A model generated the notes under the pieces. It did no database searches. It saw only the letters and a list, made by a program, of their open reading frames with translations, and was not told where the DNA came from. A stretch of 59,341 nucleotides of DNA from a virus (lineage: Duplodnaviria; Caudoviricetes). The translations under genes were made by a program, and so were the position numbers. The stretch is from IMG/VR virus record IMGVR_UViG_3300038334_000010, positions 1 to 59,341 of that record; one strand, 5' to 3'. The stretch's first letter is position 1. The number at the start of each line of letters is the position of its first letter. This document shows positions 8,015 to 18,394 of the stretch, piece after piece.

Positions 8015-8221
8015 ATGCAGATTGACCGACAACTGCTTTCACGAAAGTTCGTGCTAGCAGTCGTTGCTTTCTCGGCGGGAATCGGTGTCCTCGCATTTGG
8101 AGCTATAGACGGGCTTACATGGGTAAGCTATAGCCAGTGGGTTGTCGGTTTATATATGGCCGGCAACGTCGGTGCGACGGTTGCAACGAAGATGAATGAA
8201 AATCCCACTGAAAAGGTTTAA
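8015..8221 (+). CDS. Small two-TM membrane protein (holin-like)
   Basis: SRKFVLAVVAF...VVGLYMAGNV. Confidence 0.55.
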   Translation: MQIDRQLLSRKFVLAVVAFSAGIGVLAFGAIDGLTWVSYSQWVVGLYMAGNVGATVATKMNENPTEKV

Positions 8222-8260
8222 TCTGATGAAAGCAACGCTGATTAGACGTGAGGCGGGAAC

Positions 8261-9205
8261 GTGAGCATAAAACACAAAAAGGTTCCAGTTGGCGCTGACG
8301 TTGGTACGTCGAATGATGTTCTTTTCAGCGACTGGAAAGATGACCACGATGTTCTGACTGGCATAGATTACCCGCTCGTTGCAACGCCATCTGCGCCAGC
8401 GGCCGGGCTTGTTACCGTATTCGGAATGAGCGTGGCTGGCGGAGCAATGCCTGCATTCATCGGGCCGTCCGGACTGAGCTCGCCATTGCAGCCCTACTTG
8501 GGTGGTACGCGAGCAGCGATGTGGTTGCCCGCTGGTAACGCAACGACTATTACCGCCGTCGGGGCCGCCGCACTGACAGCTACAGGTACGCCTACTACGG
8601 CCAATGTGGCGACCACAAACGCATACACAGCGTCGAAACGGCTTGAGTATCGTGTCACCACCCCAGCAACGACGGCTGTTGCTGGGTTCCGTAGTGGCGT
8701 TGCGCAGTATTTTTACAGCGCCACCCCTCGTCGTGGCGGGTTCAGGTACACGTTCGTGTTTGGCCCGGCGACCGGCGTCGCAACGACCACGAATCGATGC
8801 TTTGTTGGCCTTGGTTCCTCAACTGCGGCACCAACCGACGTGCAGCCGTCAACGATACTCAACCAATTCGGGGTTGGCTGGGATGAGGCAGATGCCAACA
8901 TTCAGATCATTAGCAACGATGGTACAGGGACGGCAACGAAGGCCGACCTTGGTGCATCATTCCCCGTGCCAACGGTTGACCGGACTGACGCCTACTGCCT
9001 GCAAATGTTCTGCGCCCCTGGATCGACCACCGTTGGGTGGGATTTTATGGATATCTCAACTGGCATAAGCGCATCCGGAACCTTCGGTGCCGACATGCCG
9101 GCAGCAGACACATTGCTTGCCCCGAGAGGCTGGATGAGCGCTGGCGGGACCAGCAGCGTTATTGGCATTGCCCTGATGCTCGGGTACATAAGCACGGACC
9201 TGTAA
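8261..9205 (+). CDS. Putative fibre/structural protein
   Basis: Ala/Thr/Gly-rich, beta-rich; GAGG upstream. Confidence 0.65.
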   Translation: MSIKHKKVPVGADVGTSNDVLFSDWKDDHDVLTGIDYPLVATPSAPAAGLVTVFGMSVAGGAMPAFIGPSGLSSPLQPYLGGTRAAMWLPAGNATTITAVGAAALTATGTPTTANVATTNAYTASKRLEYRVTTPATTAVAGFRSGVAQYFYSATPRRGGFRYTFVFGPATGVATTTNRCFVGLGSSTAAPTDVQPSTILNQFGVGWDEADANIQIISNDGTGTATKADLGASFPVPTVDRTDAYCLQMFCAPGSTTVGWDFMDISTGISASGTFGADMPAADTLLAPRGWMSAGGTSSVIGIALMLGYISTDL

Positions 9206-9206
9206 C

Positions 9207-11903
9207 GTGGCTATCGCCATTGCTCTAGTTGGAGCGAGAGGCAGCAATGGCGGCACGTCAACAACAACGACTGCCGGCACCACTGCGGCATCTGGCAGCA
9301 CATTCCTGATAGCGATCAGCCATGGCGCAGCACAAGGCAATCCGCTTACGGTAACTGATAACAAAGGCAACACCTTCTCCAAGGTGGGGTTGACCTATGG
9401 CAGTTCCGGAGGCGCGCGAGAACTTTGGATCGCCGAAAACGGCACGGGCGGCGCATCCCATACTGCGACAGTCACATTCGCCTCTGGTGAGGCCACGACG
9501 ATCTACCTGTTGGAGATTACGGGAGCGAGTTCCCCCGGAGTGGATGCCGCGACGGGCAGGGATAACGTAACAACGCACGACTTGGTGATAACGGTACCGG
9601 CATCGGGCAACTTCGCACAAGCCGATGAACTACTTGTCGCGATAGTTGGAGCTTCCGACGGCGGAACTGTAGTCTACTCGGATACCAGCGCAACATGGAC
9701 AAAGGTGTCAGAAGAACAGGACGGAAATACGTTCTGGTCGAGTGCTGTATTTTCTCGCGTGATCGGTGCAATTACGCCGATAGTTACAGCATTCTCAAAT
9801 AACAATCCAGCCGGTTCATTCCTTTCCGGGCCGGTCATTTCAATAAAACAGGCTGCTGCTGGTGGCGGCGTAACCGCAACACTGAACATCACCGACGATT
9901 CAGATACTACTATCGCTACTGCTTCGATAGCCAGCACAGCGGCATTCAGTACTTCAGATGCGTTGGATACGTTGTCGTCTGACGGCACCGTGGTAACGCC
10001 GGATGGAGTATTCCAACCCGGATTTCAACCGGGTTTTCAGGGGGTATCTGGCGGAGGTGGTGGTGGAGTGACAGCAACGCTGTCATTGACCGATGCGGGG
10101 GACTCGGTTTCAGCGTCGGTTGGAGTTGCAATTTCGTCGATTCTGTCAAGAACCGACACACTGGATACGGTGTCGTCTGGTGCATCCATAGGTATCTCAG
10201 CAACAGCCAACCTGTCCGATGCAACTGATTCTGTCGTTGGGGCAAGCACGCCAGCAATTGGAGTCTCGGGTAAGGACATCGACCTTCAGACGCTCGGCAC
10301 AGACCCTCAGCAGGTAACGCTGAACACGCAGGTCAGCGGAAGTGCATTTGTGGTGGTTCAATCGACCCTGGGCGGGGCCGGTGATCCGACCGATAACAAA
10401 GGCAACACATTGTCGCGCATCCTTGCAGCGACGCCATATACCCTCTTTCCGTCGTTCGTAGTTGAGGCGTTCGCTAAAACCAATGGCGTTGGCGGTACAT
10501 CGCATATCTTCTCGGCCACGAAAGAACCTGGCCGACCGGACGAAGAAGCAACCATGTTTGTGGCAGAGATTCTGAATGGACTGTCCATTCAGGATATTCA
10601 GGTTACGCAGATCGCATCTGGCGGAACGATGACTAGTGCTGCGGTTACTGCAACCGGACCAGCGGTCATCTTGCAATACTGGTGGGGCGACAATGGTGAC
10701 GGCCCTCACACGGCTGTCCCAAACAATGGTTTCACGGTGATACAGGACTCATTGTCTGTGGTATCTGGTGGTATTCAGGGCGCAATGGCGACGCGAACCG
10801 TCACCGCAGGCACTTACCAGACGACGTGGACAGCAACGCCAACGCAGGGCGCAATCCTTGTATCTATCGTTGTTCAGGGAGGTGCAGGCAATGCCAATGC
10901 CTCAGTATCTGTCGTTGGCGTGCTCTCACAGACCGACGCGGCGGATACGCTTGTTGGGCAAGGCTCTGTCCCGGTATCTGGCGCGGTAGCGACGCTCAGC
11001 CAGACGGATGCCATTGATACGCTTGCCTCAACGGTGTCAGCGTCAATCTCTGGCGTATCGTCCTTTTCAGACGGCGTTGACGCACTGTCCGGCATTGCGG
11101 CTGTTTCTGTGGTCAGTTCGTTATCGCAAGTGGACGTGCAGGACCAAGCATCATCTGCTGCCAATATCGACGTGGTTTCCACGCTATCACGAACCGATAC
11201 TCAGGATTCGTTGATCTCTGGCGCGGCAACAAGCGTGGCGGCTGCGTTGACGCAGGCTGATGCGACTGACTCTCTTGGCGCAGGCGCGGCAATCTCGGTA
11301 GATGCCCTGCTTGCTCAGACCGACGCTATGGATACTCTGGCTGCGTCTGGGCTTGTCTCCATCGCCGGGACAATCAGCGGTACGTTTTCCCAGACCGATA
11401 GCGCAGATACCATTTCTGCATCAGGCGTAGTGCTTGTTAGTGCTGGTTCCAACATCCAAGACCAGTTGGATACGTTGGGATCAGGCGGCAGCATCGGCAT
11501 CGTTGGGTCACTATCGTCCACCGATGCGCTGGATACGTTGGCGTCTGGTGGTACTGTGACTGTTGCTGGTGCCATTACAGCGACACTGGTAATGCTGGAC
11601 GGTGCGGACATCCTGTCGGCTGGCGGAGTTGTTTCTGTTGCTGCCGCATTTGCGCAATCAGACGCAATTGACTCTGCGATAGCCAATGGTTCCATTTTCA
11701 CCGTAGGTACTTTCTCACAAACTGATTTGTCTGATACCCTGATAGCAGCAGGAGTTCACTTCGTTCCGGGAAGGAAACTCAAGCCGAGGCCGGATTCGGC
11801 GGTAAGAGTAAACGTTGTAACTAGTAAAGTCATTGGAGTGACTACCACGCAGGGAGTCATCTCGAACGCAACCACAACAGCCATAGGCGAGCCCCAGCCG
11901 TGA
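9207..11903 (+). CDS. Large S/T/A/D-rich repeat protein (putative head or tail fibre)
   Basis: Two related domains each with TDNKGNT, plus many ~21-aa (S)QTDxxDTLxAxGxV repeats. Confidence 0.75.
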   Translation: MAIAIALVGARGSNGGTSTTTTAGTTAASGSTFLIAISHGAAQGNPLTVTDNKGNTFSKVGLTYGSSGGARELWIAENGTGGASHTATVTFASGEATTIYLLEITGASSPGVDAATGRDNVTTHDLVITVPASGNFAQADELLVAIVGASDGGTVVYSDTSATWTKVSEEQDGNTFWSSAVFSRVIGAITPIVTAFSNNNPAGSFLSGPVISIKQAAAGGGVTATLNITDDSDTTIATASIASTAAFSTSDALDTLSSDGTVVTPDGVFQPGFQPGFQGVSGGGGGGVTATLSLTDAGDSVSASVGVAISSILSRTDTLDTVSSGASIGISATANLSDATDSVVGASTPAIGVSGKDIDLQTLGTDPQQVTLNTQVSGSAFVVVQSTLGGAGDPTDNKGNTLSRILAATPYTLFPSFVVEAFAKTNGVGGTSHIFSATKEPGRPDEEATMFVAEILNGLSIQDIQVTQIASGGTMTSAAVTATGPAVILQYWWGDNGDGPHTAVPNNGFTVIQDSLSVVSGGIQGAMATRTVTAGTYQTTWTATPTQGAILVSIVVQGGAGNANASVSVVGVLSQTDAADTLVGQGSVPVSGAVATLSQTDAIDTLASTVSASISGVSSFSDGVDALSGIAAVSVVSSLSQVDVQDQASSAANIDVVSTLSRTDTQDSLISGAATSVAAALTQADATDSLGAGAAISVDALLAQTDAMDTLAASGLVSIAGTISGTFSQTDSADTISASGVVLVSAGSNIQDQLDTLGSGGSIGIVGSLSSTDALDTLASGGTVTVAGAITATLVMLDGADILSAGGVVSVAAAFAQSDAIDSAIANGSIFTVGTFSQTDLSDTLIAAGVHFVPGRKLKPRPDSAVRVNVVTSKVIGVTTTQGVISNATTTAIGEPQP

Positions 11904-12571
11904 AGCAAGCAACTAAGCGCAAGCCGCCATCCATCGGAGAGCTAGTACCCTCACCAAGCCAACTACAGATGGATGCGGAGACTGGCAAGGACATGGACAT
12001 TCTGGCTGCCGCATTGAGCGTCGGATCGCATAAGGTTGTCACGAACCAACAAATCGCCACCATGACGAAGTTTGCTGGCGAGATTATGGAGCATGGGAAT
12101 ATCACCAAGGCGGCTATGGCGTGTGATTACCCGAAGTCATCGGCACATCGCATGGGCCGGGTGATGCTGGATCACCCAATCGTGCAGGCGCTTATACGGG
12201 AGCAGCAGGAATCCATCGTTCGCAAGGTCATGGTTACACCAGAGCGAGTGTGGGCTGAATTGGAGCGGATGGCTTTTTTCCAGCCGGAAACCTTGTTCAA
12301 GGATGGCGAGCCTATTCCAGTCGATAAGCTGCCAAAAGACGTGGCGCGCATGGTTACTGGTTATAAGTCAAAAAAGACCGAGTTTGGCGAGGGTGGTTCG
12401 AGCACTGAAGTAGAGATAAAATGGGTAGATAAGAATCCAGCTATCCGCGATCTTGCCAAGCTTCAGGGAATGATTAAGGATGAGACGACGTTGAAACTTG
12501 ATGCCGATGACTTCCTGAAAGCACTGTACGAGGGGCGCGAACGTGCAGCAAAGCGCGAAAAAGCGGAATAG
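11900..12571 (+). CDS. terS: Terminase small subunit
   Basis: NITKAAMACDY..SAHRMG..LDHPIVQ, VTPERVWAELERMAF, DKNPAIRDLAK; upstream of TerL. Confidence 0.85.
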   Translation: MKQATKRKPPSIGELVPSPSQLQMDAETGKDMDILAAALSVGSHKVVTNQQIATMTKFAGEIMEHGNITKAAMACDYPKSSAHRMGRVMLDHPIVQALIREQQESIVRKVMVTPERVWAELERMAFFQPETLFKDGEPIPVDKLPKDVARMVTGYKSKKTEFGEGGSSTEVEIKWVDKNPAIRDLAKLQGMIKDETTLKLDADDFLKALYEGRERAAKREKAE

Positions 12572-14048
12572 CAACAAGATAGCCGAAGTCTTCCGCAAAG
12601 AAGACCTTGACCTTGTGCGCGCATGCGGCGAGTTCTACGATGACCCATACGGGTTCGTATTGTTCTGCTATCCGTGGGGCGTTCCTGGTACCGACCTAGC
12701 CGACGAAGATGGGCCTGATGATTGGCAGCGTGAGGTAATGCAGGAAATATCGAACGCGATAAAAACTAATGGCGAAAATGCCATGATGCCGATCATGTAT
12801 GCCATTTCATCCGGTAACGGTGTCGGGAAGACATGTCTTATTGCATGGCTTATCCATTGGTTTGCGTCAACCAGAGATTTTTCTGAGATAAAGGTTACGT
12901 CAGGCAAGAAAGACCAGCTTTTGGGTACGACGTGGCGCGAGTTGGCAAAATGGAATAGGTCTGCAATAAATGGACATCACTTCAACTGGACTGCTACTAA
13001 GTACACCTACATTCTTTACCCTGAAACGTGGTACGCGCAGGCTGTAACATGGTCAAAGAACAATGTTGGTGCGTTTCAGGGAACGCATGATAAGCATGTA
13101 CTGTTCGTTTTTGACGAGGCATCGGCCATCGATGACGCTATTTGGGAGGCTGGCGATGGTTCAATGACCACGCCGGGAGCCATGTGGCTCGCGTTTGGCA
13201 ACCCAAACAAAGCAAAGGGCCGGTTTGCCGACTGCTTTGGGCGGTTTTCCAAGCGATGGATAACCCGGCGCGTTGATAGCCGGTCTGCCAAGAAAGCCAA
13301 CTTGGCGCTCATAAACGCGTGGATTGAAGACTATGGCATAGATCACGACTTCGTGCGGGTTCGTGTTCTAGGCCAATTCCCAAAATGTGGTGATTCACAA
13401 TTCATATCAGAAGATGACTGCCATGCAGCAAAAGTTCGGTCAGTTGAAGGGTATGACAAGTTTTCAAAGGTGCTTGGCGTCGATATAGCGCGACACGGTG
13501 AGGATGAGTCAGCATTTGCAAGGGTTCAGGGCCGCAAGGTATTCCCGTTAAAGTACCACCGTATTCCAGACCTGATGGCTCTGGCGGCGATGGTTGCCGA
13601 AGAAATCGATAGTTTCAAACCTGACCACACGTTCATCGACGCAACAGGCATGGGTTGGGGCGTGTATGATCGGTTACGGCAATTGGGTTATAAGCACATA
13701 ACGGCGGTACAGACTGGTGAGAAGGCTTTCGAGCCTGACAAATACGTCAACAAGCGCGTAGAATTGTGGTCGAAACTTCGCCAGTTTATTCAGGATGGCG
13801 CACAGATTCCAGATGACAAGAAACTTATCAAGGGTCTTACAGACATCCAGTACGGTTTTGATGGCAAGGGCAGATGGGACTTGGAAAGCAAGGCGGATAT
13901 GAAGAAGCGTGGCCTTGATTCGCCAGACGGCCCCGATGCGCTAGCGCTAACGCAGTATGGTACAGTTCACGTCAAGGCGAAAGACCCAATTCGCGCTATG
14001 CTGAAGCGTTTCCAGACCAAACGCGGCTCAAGCTCTATGGCGGCTTAA
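12543..14048 (+). CDS. terL: Terminase large subunit
   Basis: Walker A SGNGVGKT, Walker B VFDEAS, GNP, RNase H-like LGVDIARHGEDES, SPDGPDALALT. Confidence 0.93.
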   Translation: MQQSAKKRNSNKIAEVFRKEDLDLVRACGEFYDDPYGFVLFCYPWGVPGTDLADEDGPDDWQREVMQEISNAIKTNGENAMMPIMYAISSGNGVGKTCLIAWLIHWFASTRDFSEIKVTSGKKDQLLGTTWRELAKWNRSAINGHHFNWTATKYTYILYPETWYAQAVTWSKNNVGAFQGTHDKHVLFVFDEASAIDDAIWEAGDGSMTTPGAMWLAFGNPNKAKGRFADCFGRFSKRWITRRVDSRSAKKANLALINAWIEDYGIDHDFVRVRVLGQFPKCGDSQFISEDDCHAAKVRSVEGYDKFSKVLGVDIARHGEDESAFARVQGRKVFPLKYHRIPDLMALAAMVAEEIDSFKPDHTFIDATGMGWGVYDRLRQLGYKHITAVQTGEKAFEPDKYVNKRVELWSKLRQFIQDGAQIPDDKKLIKGLTDIQYGFDGKGRWDLESKADMKKRGLDSPDGPDALALTQYGTVHVKAKDPIRAMLKRFQTKRGSSSMAA

Positions 14049-14049
14049 A

Positions 14050-16053
14050 ATGGCAAAAACAGACAGTGAATTGGCCGAAGAAAACTTTTCGATCTACGAG
14101 AGTGATCGTGATCGAGGCCATGTGCGATACACGCAAAAAGCCAAGAGAAACGAGGGGTTCTTCTTTGGCGATGGCGACCAATGGTCGGATGCTGACCGTG
14201 AAGTAATGGAAGCATCTGGACGCAGAGCATTCGAGTTCAACGAGATTCAGGAAACCATCAAGTCTGCGCTCGGGTTTCAGTTGCAGAACCGTGTTGACAT
14301 TACCTTCGTGCCGAGGGGCGGCGGTGCGACACAAGACGTTGCTACAACACTGTCAAAGGTAGTTCGCCAAATATCCGATAACAACGATTATCGGTGGCTT
14401 GAGTCGCAGGTATTCGCAGACGGCCTTATCGAGCAGCGCGGATACTTTGAAATGCGCATGAACTTCGACGATTCCATGCTCGGTGAAATCAGGATTAGCC
14501 ATCTTGACCCACGAGACGTAATTCCAGACCCTGACGCAAAGCACTACGACCCTGATAAGTGGGATCGTGTGACGGTTACGCGATGGATGACCCTGGATGA
14601 AATTGAGGCGCTTTACGGAAAGAAAAAGCGATCAGCGCTCGAAAGTGCTATGGGCGGCCTTGGTCAGTTTGACTTTGGCGCAGATGGGCACGAGGCTAAG
14701 AGGAACACGTTCGCCGGCGAGGATGACTTGCTAACTGGCGCCAATATGGACATCTTGTCCAGCAGCAACGGGCAACTGCGTGTCCGCATCATTGACCGGC
14801 AGCAGTGGCGTTTGGCTAGCGCGAAAGTCGCCGTTTACCCAACCGGCGATGTGCGTGTTGTCGAGAATATCAGCGATGAAAAACGAGCGCAGGCAGAAGC
14901 CGCAGGAGCAATATTCATTGATAAGGTAGTTCGGCGTGTTCGTTGGATAGTAACGGCGTCGTCAGTCGTGCTGTTCGACGACTGGTCTCCGTACGAACAC
15001 TTCACTGTAATTCCGTATTTTCCGATCTTCCGCCGTGGCCGAACTCAGGGTATGGTGGATAATGCCATTGGCCCACAAGAAATGGCCAATAAAGCCTTGA
15101 GTTCATACGTTCACATTGTCAATAGCACTGCCAATTCAGGATGGGTATTTGAAGAAGATTCACTTACCAACATGACTCCTGATGAGCTAGTTGCGCAGGG
15201 TTCGCAGTCTGGCATTGGTGTTGAATACAAGAAAGGCGCAACGGCGCCACAGAAAATACAGCCAAATAGGGTTCCTGACGGCATTCAGGATTTGATGCTG
15301 CTTGGGTTCGAGAAGATTCGTGCCGTAACTGGCCAGAACCGTAATACCCGTGGCGAAGGAGGCGACCGCCAATCTGGCGTGGCTGTGCAAGCTCAGCAGT
15401 TTGCATCGCAGCTATCGGCAGGGCCAGTGCTCGATAACTTGTCGTTCACTAGAACACTACTTGCGCGCCGTATGCTGAAACTTATTCAGACATACATGGA
15501 CGATCCTAGAATAATCCGCATTCAGGAGCCTGGTGAGGACGGTGTAATGCAGGACAAGGAATTGCCTGTCAATTTCCCTGAGCAACAGAAGATAATCAAT
15601 GATCTGACGCTTGGCGAATATGGGGTTATTATTGCAGAGCAACCGAGCCAGGTAACATTTGAAAACGGTCAGTTTGAACAGGCAAAATCTCTGCGTGATC
15701 TTGGCATCGACATTCCAGAAGATGTTCTAATTCGCCATTCCAATCTGGTTGACAAGGGCGAGATTATCGAGCGGATGCGCGCCAAGACCAGTACACCAGA
15801 CCCTGTGGATACGGCGCGCGAGAGGCTTATTCGTGCGCAGGCTGCCAATAAGCAAATGGCATCGCTCAAGTTGGCGGCTGAAACGTCTGAAGTTCTGGCT
15901 TCCAATCCAGCACTTGCGCCGATGGCTGACATCATCGCAAAATCGGCAGGGTTCGAGGATCAAGACAAAGCGCCGGTTTTCCCATCTGGCGGTCAGCCGT
16001 CTGGGAATCAGCAGGAAAGCAATAACAAGCCACCAGATAGATTAGGAGGTTAA
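14050..16053 (+). CDS. Portal protein (P22-like)
   Basis: FFGDGDQW, FNEI..., position after TerL, 667 aa. Confidence 0.88.
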   Translation: MAKTDSELAEENFSIYESDRDRGHVRYTQKAKRNEGFFFGDGDQWSDADREVMEASGRRAFEFNEIQETIKSALGFQLQNRVDITFVPRGGGATQDVATTLSKVVRQISDNNDYRWLESQVFADGLIEQRGYFEMRMNFDDSMLGEIRISHLDPRDVIPDPDAKHYDPDKWDRVTVTRWMTLDEIEALYGKKKRSALESAMGGLGQFDFGADGHEAKRNTFAGEDDLLTGANMDILSSSNGQLRVRIIDRQQWRLASAKVAVYPTGDVRVVENISDEKRAQAEAAGAIFIDKVVRRVRWIVTASSVVLFDDWSPYEHFTVIPYFPIFRRGRTQGMVDNAIGPQEMANKALSSYVHIVNSTANSGWVFEEDSLTNMTPDELVAQGSQSGIGVEYKKGATAPQKIQPNRVPDGIQDLMLLGFEKIRAVTGQNRNTRGEGGDRQSGVAVQAQQFASQLSAGPVLDNLSFTRTLLARRMLKLIQTYMDDPRIIRIQEPGEDGVMQDKELPVNFPEQQKIINDLTLGEYGVIIAEQPSQVTFENGQFEQAKSLRDLGIDIPEDVLIRHSNLVDKGEIIERMRAKTSTPDPVDTARERLIRAQAANKQMASLKLAAETSEVLASNPALAPMADIIAKSAGFEDQDKAPVFPSGGQPSGNQQESNNKPPDRLGG

Positions 16054-16054
16054 A

Positions 16055-16240
16055 ATGGCCACAGAAGTAAAAGTTACCGAAGATTTCGAGGTCGAAGATG
16101 CGCTGAGAATAGTTATGAGGGCGATCAAGATCAAGAAAAATAAGGCGCTTATGTCCAAGGTCAAGGCGCTTGCCAAGACTAAGGTTAAGGCGATGGAATC
16201 TATCACTGAAGGCGATGAAGACGGAGAGGATGACAAATGA
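16055..16240 (+). CDS. Hypothetical protein
   Basis: AGGAGG RBS. Confidence 0.65.
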   Translation: MATEVKVTEDFEVEDALRIVMRAIKIKKNKALMSKVKALAKTKVKAMESITEGDEDGEDDK

Positions 16241-17121
16241 ACGTTGAAGAAGAACTTGAAGAAGGCGTTGAAGTCGATTCGACTAGCGAAGCAATTGATC
16301 CAGATTCTGATGAGGCAATTGAACTCGCCGGCAAGCGAACCGATGCGGTCGCTGAAGAAGAGGAAGTTGATGATGCTTCCGAATATTCCGAGGAATTGGC
16401 AGAAATTGCCGGAAACTCAGGCGATATGGTTCCGCTGTCTCGGCTGAATGAGGTTCTTGAGCGCGAGCGTAGGCGTGAGCAGGAGATTTCCGACTTCCTG
16501 TTGGCGCAACGCGCGGAGCAGGCAAAGCCTGTAAATACCGAACAGCCATTCGACATCAACGCTGCAATTCGCCAACGCAATAAATTGCTGGTTGAGGGCA
16601 ACGAGGATGATGCGTACGCAATTGATGAAAGGATCGAGGAGGAACGCGAGAAGCGAGCGACGCTGCGCGCAGTTGAGATGATGGAGCACCGCCAAACAGA
16701 ACGATCGGCAAGCAAGGCTGCTAATGCGATTATCGTTCAGTATCCTCAGTTGAATGACGATCCTGACTTGGTTGATGAAGTTGTCGCCCTGAGAAATAGC
16801 TACCTTGCTCGCGGAGTGCCAATGGAAGAAGCTATTAGCAAAGCAGCGAAACGTCTTCTTGGTGATCCTGTTTCGAGCGATGACGCTGGCAAGCAGCCGG
16901 ATAATGATGAAGTAGCTGCGCGGCGAATCAAGGCACAGCAACGTAATGCTGGCGTAAAACAGCCTGCTGCAATAAGCGATGCTGGGAGGTCAGGAGCCTC
17001 GCTTGGCCTTGGCAGTAAAATTGATCCGCGCTCCATCACTGAGGAGGCATTTAACAAGATGACTTCGACCCAATTGGATGAGCTTGAACGATCTCTTGCA
17101 AGTCCACGAAAGACGGTGTAG
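16237..17121 (+). CDS. Scaffolding protein
   Basis: Acidic N-terminus, VPLSRLNEV motif, helical; between portal and capsid genes. Confidence 0.75.
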   Translation: MNVEEELEEGVEVDSTSEAIDPDSDEAIELAGKRTDAVAEEEEVDDASEYSEELAEIAGNSGDMVPLSRLNEVLERERRREQEISDFLLAQRAEQAKPVNTEQPFDINAAIRQRNKLLVEGNEDDAYAIDERIEEEREKRATLRAVEMMEHRQTERSASKAANAIIVQYPQLNDDPDLVDEVVALRNSYLARGVPMEEAISKAAKRLLGDPVSSDDAGKQPDNDEVAARRIKAQQRNAGVKQPAAISDAGRSGASLGLGSKIDPRSITEEAFNKMTSTQLDELERSLASPRKTV

Positions 17122-17284
17122 TGTATTTATCGCACGGGGTGGTAATCCACCCCGGTGCCAACGGGGAAACGGCACCCCTAAGCCGTGGGTCGCACCCCTC
17201 GCGTTCTAGCCATATTCTCCCGGCGTTAAGTGGAGAGAGAAAGTCCGCTCACGCGGCAATTCCCTCTTTTCCCGGAGAACACCA

Positions 17285-18382
17285 ATGGCCGGCACCGATT
17301 TTGCAGCACTCAACCCCGAACAGAAAATCATCCACGGTCGGCGAATCTGGAAGGCGGCGCGTGACGCAGCGTTCGTCAATCGATTTATCGGCGATGATAC
17401 CAACAGCTTCATTCAACGCATTACTGACTTGACCAAGGACGAAAAGGGCGAGCGAGTAATTATCCCGCTTGTTCAGGATTTGGTGCAGGACGGCGTTACC
17501 GCTGACAACCAGCGTGATGGCCGAGAGGAAGCGCTGGATGCCAGCTTCAAGCAAATCCAAATCGACATGCTTCACCACGCGATTACCAACAAGGGTCGCT
17601 TGGCGGATCAGAAAACCGTGCTCAATGCGCGAGCGCTGAGCCGTGACCGGCTGGCATTCTGGCTTGCCAATCGAATCGACCAGTTGGCGATTTTGACGCT
17701 TTCCGGCATTTCGTATGCCTTCAACACCAACGGGTCGCTTCGTGCCGATACCGCATTCAGCGGACTGTCGTTTGCTGGTGACGTTACGGCCCCAAGCGCA
17801 AAGCGTTCCGTCATGTTCGACGGCACTAGTCTCGTTCCGTCGGTGACCGCCAACGTTACCACCTCGTTTCTTCCGTCGTACAAGATGATCGTGAAAGCGG
17901 TCGCTTATGCAAAGGATCACTACATCCGAGGGGTGCGCGTAGGCGGTAAAGACCAGTACATGATGCTGGTTCGTCCCGGCACGCTCGGCGCACTGAAGCT
18001 TGATCCTGACATCAAGAACGCCGTGGTTACGGCAAAACCGCGAAGTGAAGCCAACCCGTTCTTCTCTGGCGGCTTGGAACTGATCGATGGTGTTGTGATC
18101 CACGAAACAAATCTTGTCTACAATACCACTGGCACTGCTACCAAGTGGGGTGCTGGTAATGCCATCGAAGGCACTCGGACACTGTTGCTAGGCGCGCAGG
18201 CGCTTGGCATGGCCGATCTTGAGGCCCCATTGTTTGACGAGGAAACCTACGACCAGAACAACAAGTGGCGTATCTGGGTTGACAAGATGTTTGGCTTGGT
18301 CAAGCCGACGTTCAAGTCGATTTACGATGGTTCTGTCGAGGATTTTGGCGTTCTTGCCATCGACCATCACCTGCCGAGCTAA
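17285..18382 (+). CDS. Major capsid protein (N4-gp56/DUF4043 type)
   Basis: FIGDDTNSFIQRITDLTKDEKGERVIIPLV..GREEAL..IDMLHHA; ANPFFSG. Confidence 0.88.
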   Translation: MAGTDFAALNPEQKIIHGRRIWKAARDAAFVNRFIGDDTNSFIQRITDLTKDEKGERVIIPLVQDLVQDGVTADNQRDGREEALDASFKQIQIDMLHHAITNKGRLADQKTVLNARALSRDRLAFWLANRIDQLAILTLSGISYAFNTNGSLRADTAFSGLSFAGDVTAPSAKRSVMFDGTSLVPSVTANVTTSFLPSYKMIVKAVAYAKDHYIRGVRVGGKDQYMMLVRPGTLGALKLDPDIKNAVVTAKPRSEANPFFSGGLELIDGVVIHETNLVYNTTGTATKWGAGNAIEGTRTLLLGAQALGMADLEAPLFDEETYDQNNKWRIWVDKMFGLVKPTFKSIYDGSVEDFGVLAIDHHLPS

Positions 18383-18394
18383 GGAGTACAGATC

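Noticed and set aside
17249-18103. Antisense ORFs over capsid and tail genes (e.g. 17249..18103, 30968..31783, 37912..38616)
   Set aside because: Typical antisense shadows of strongly codon-biased genes; no RBS or motifs
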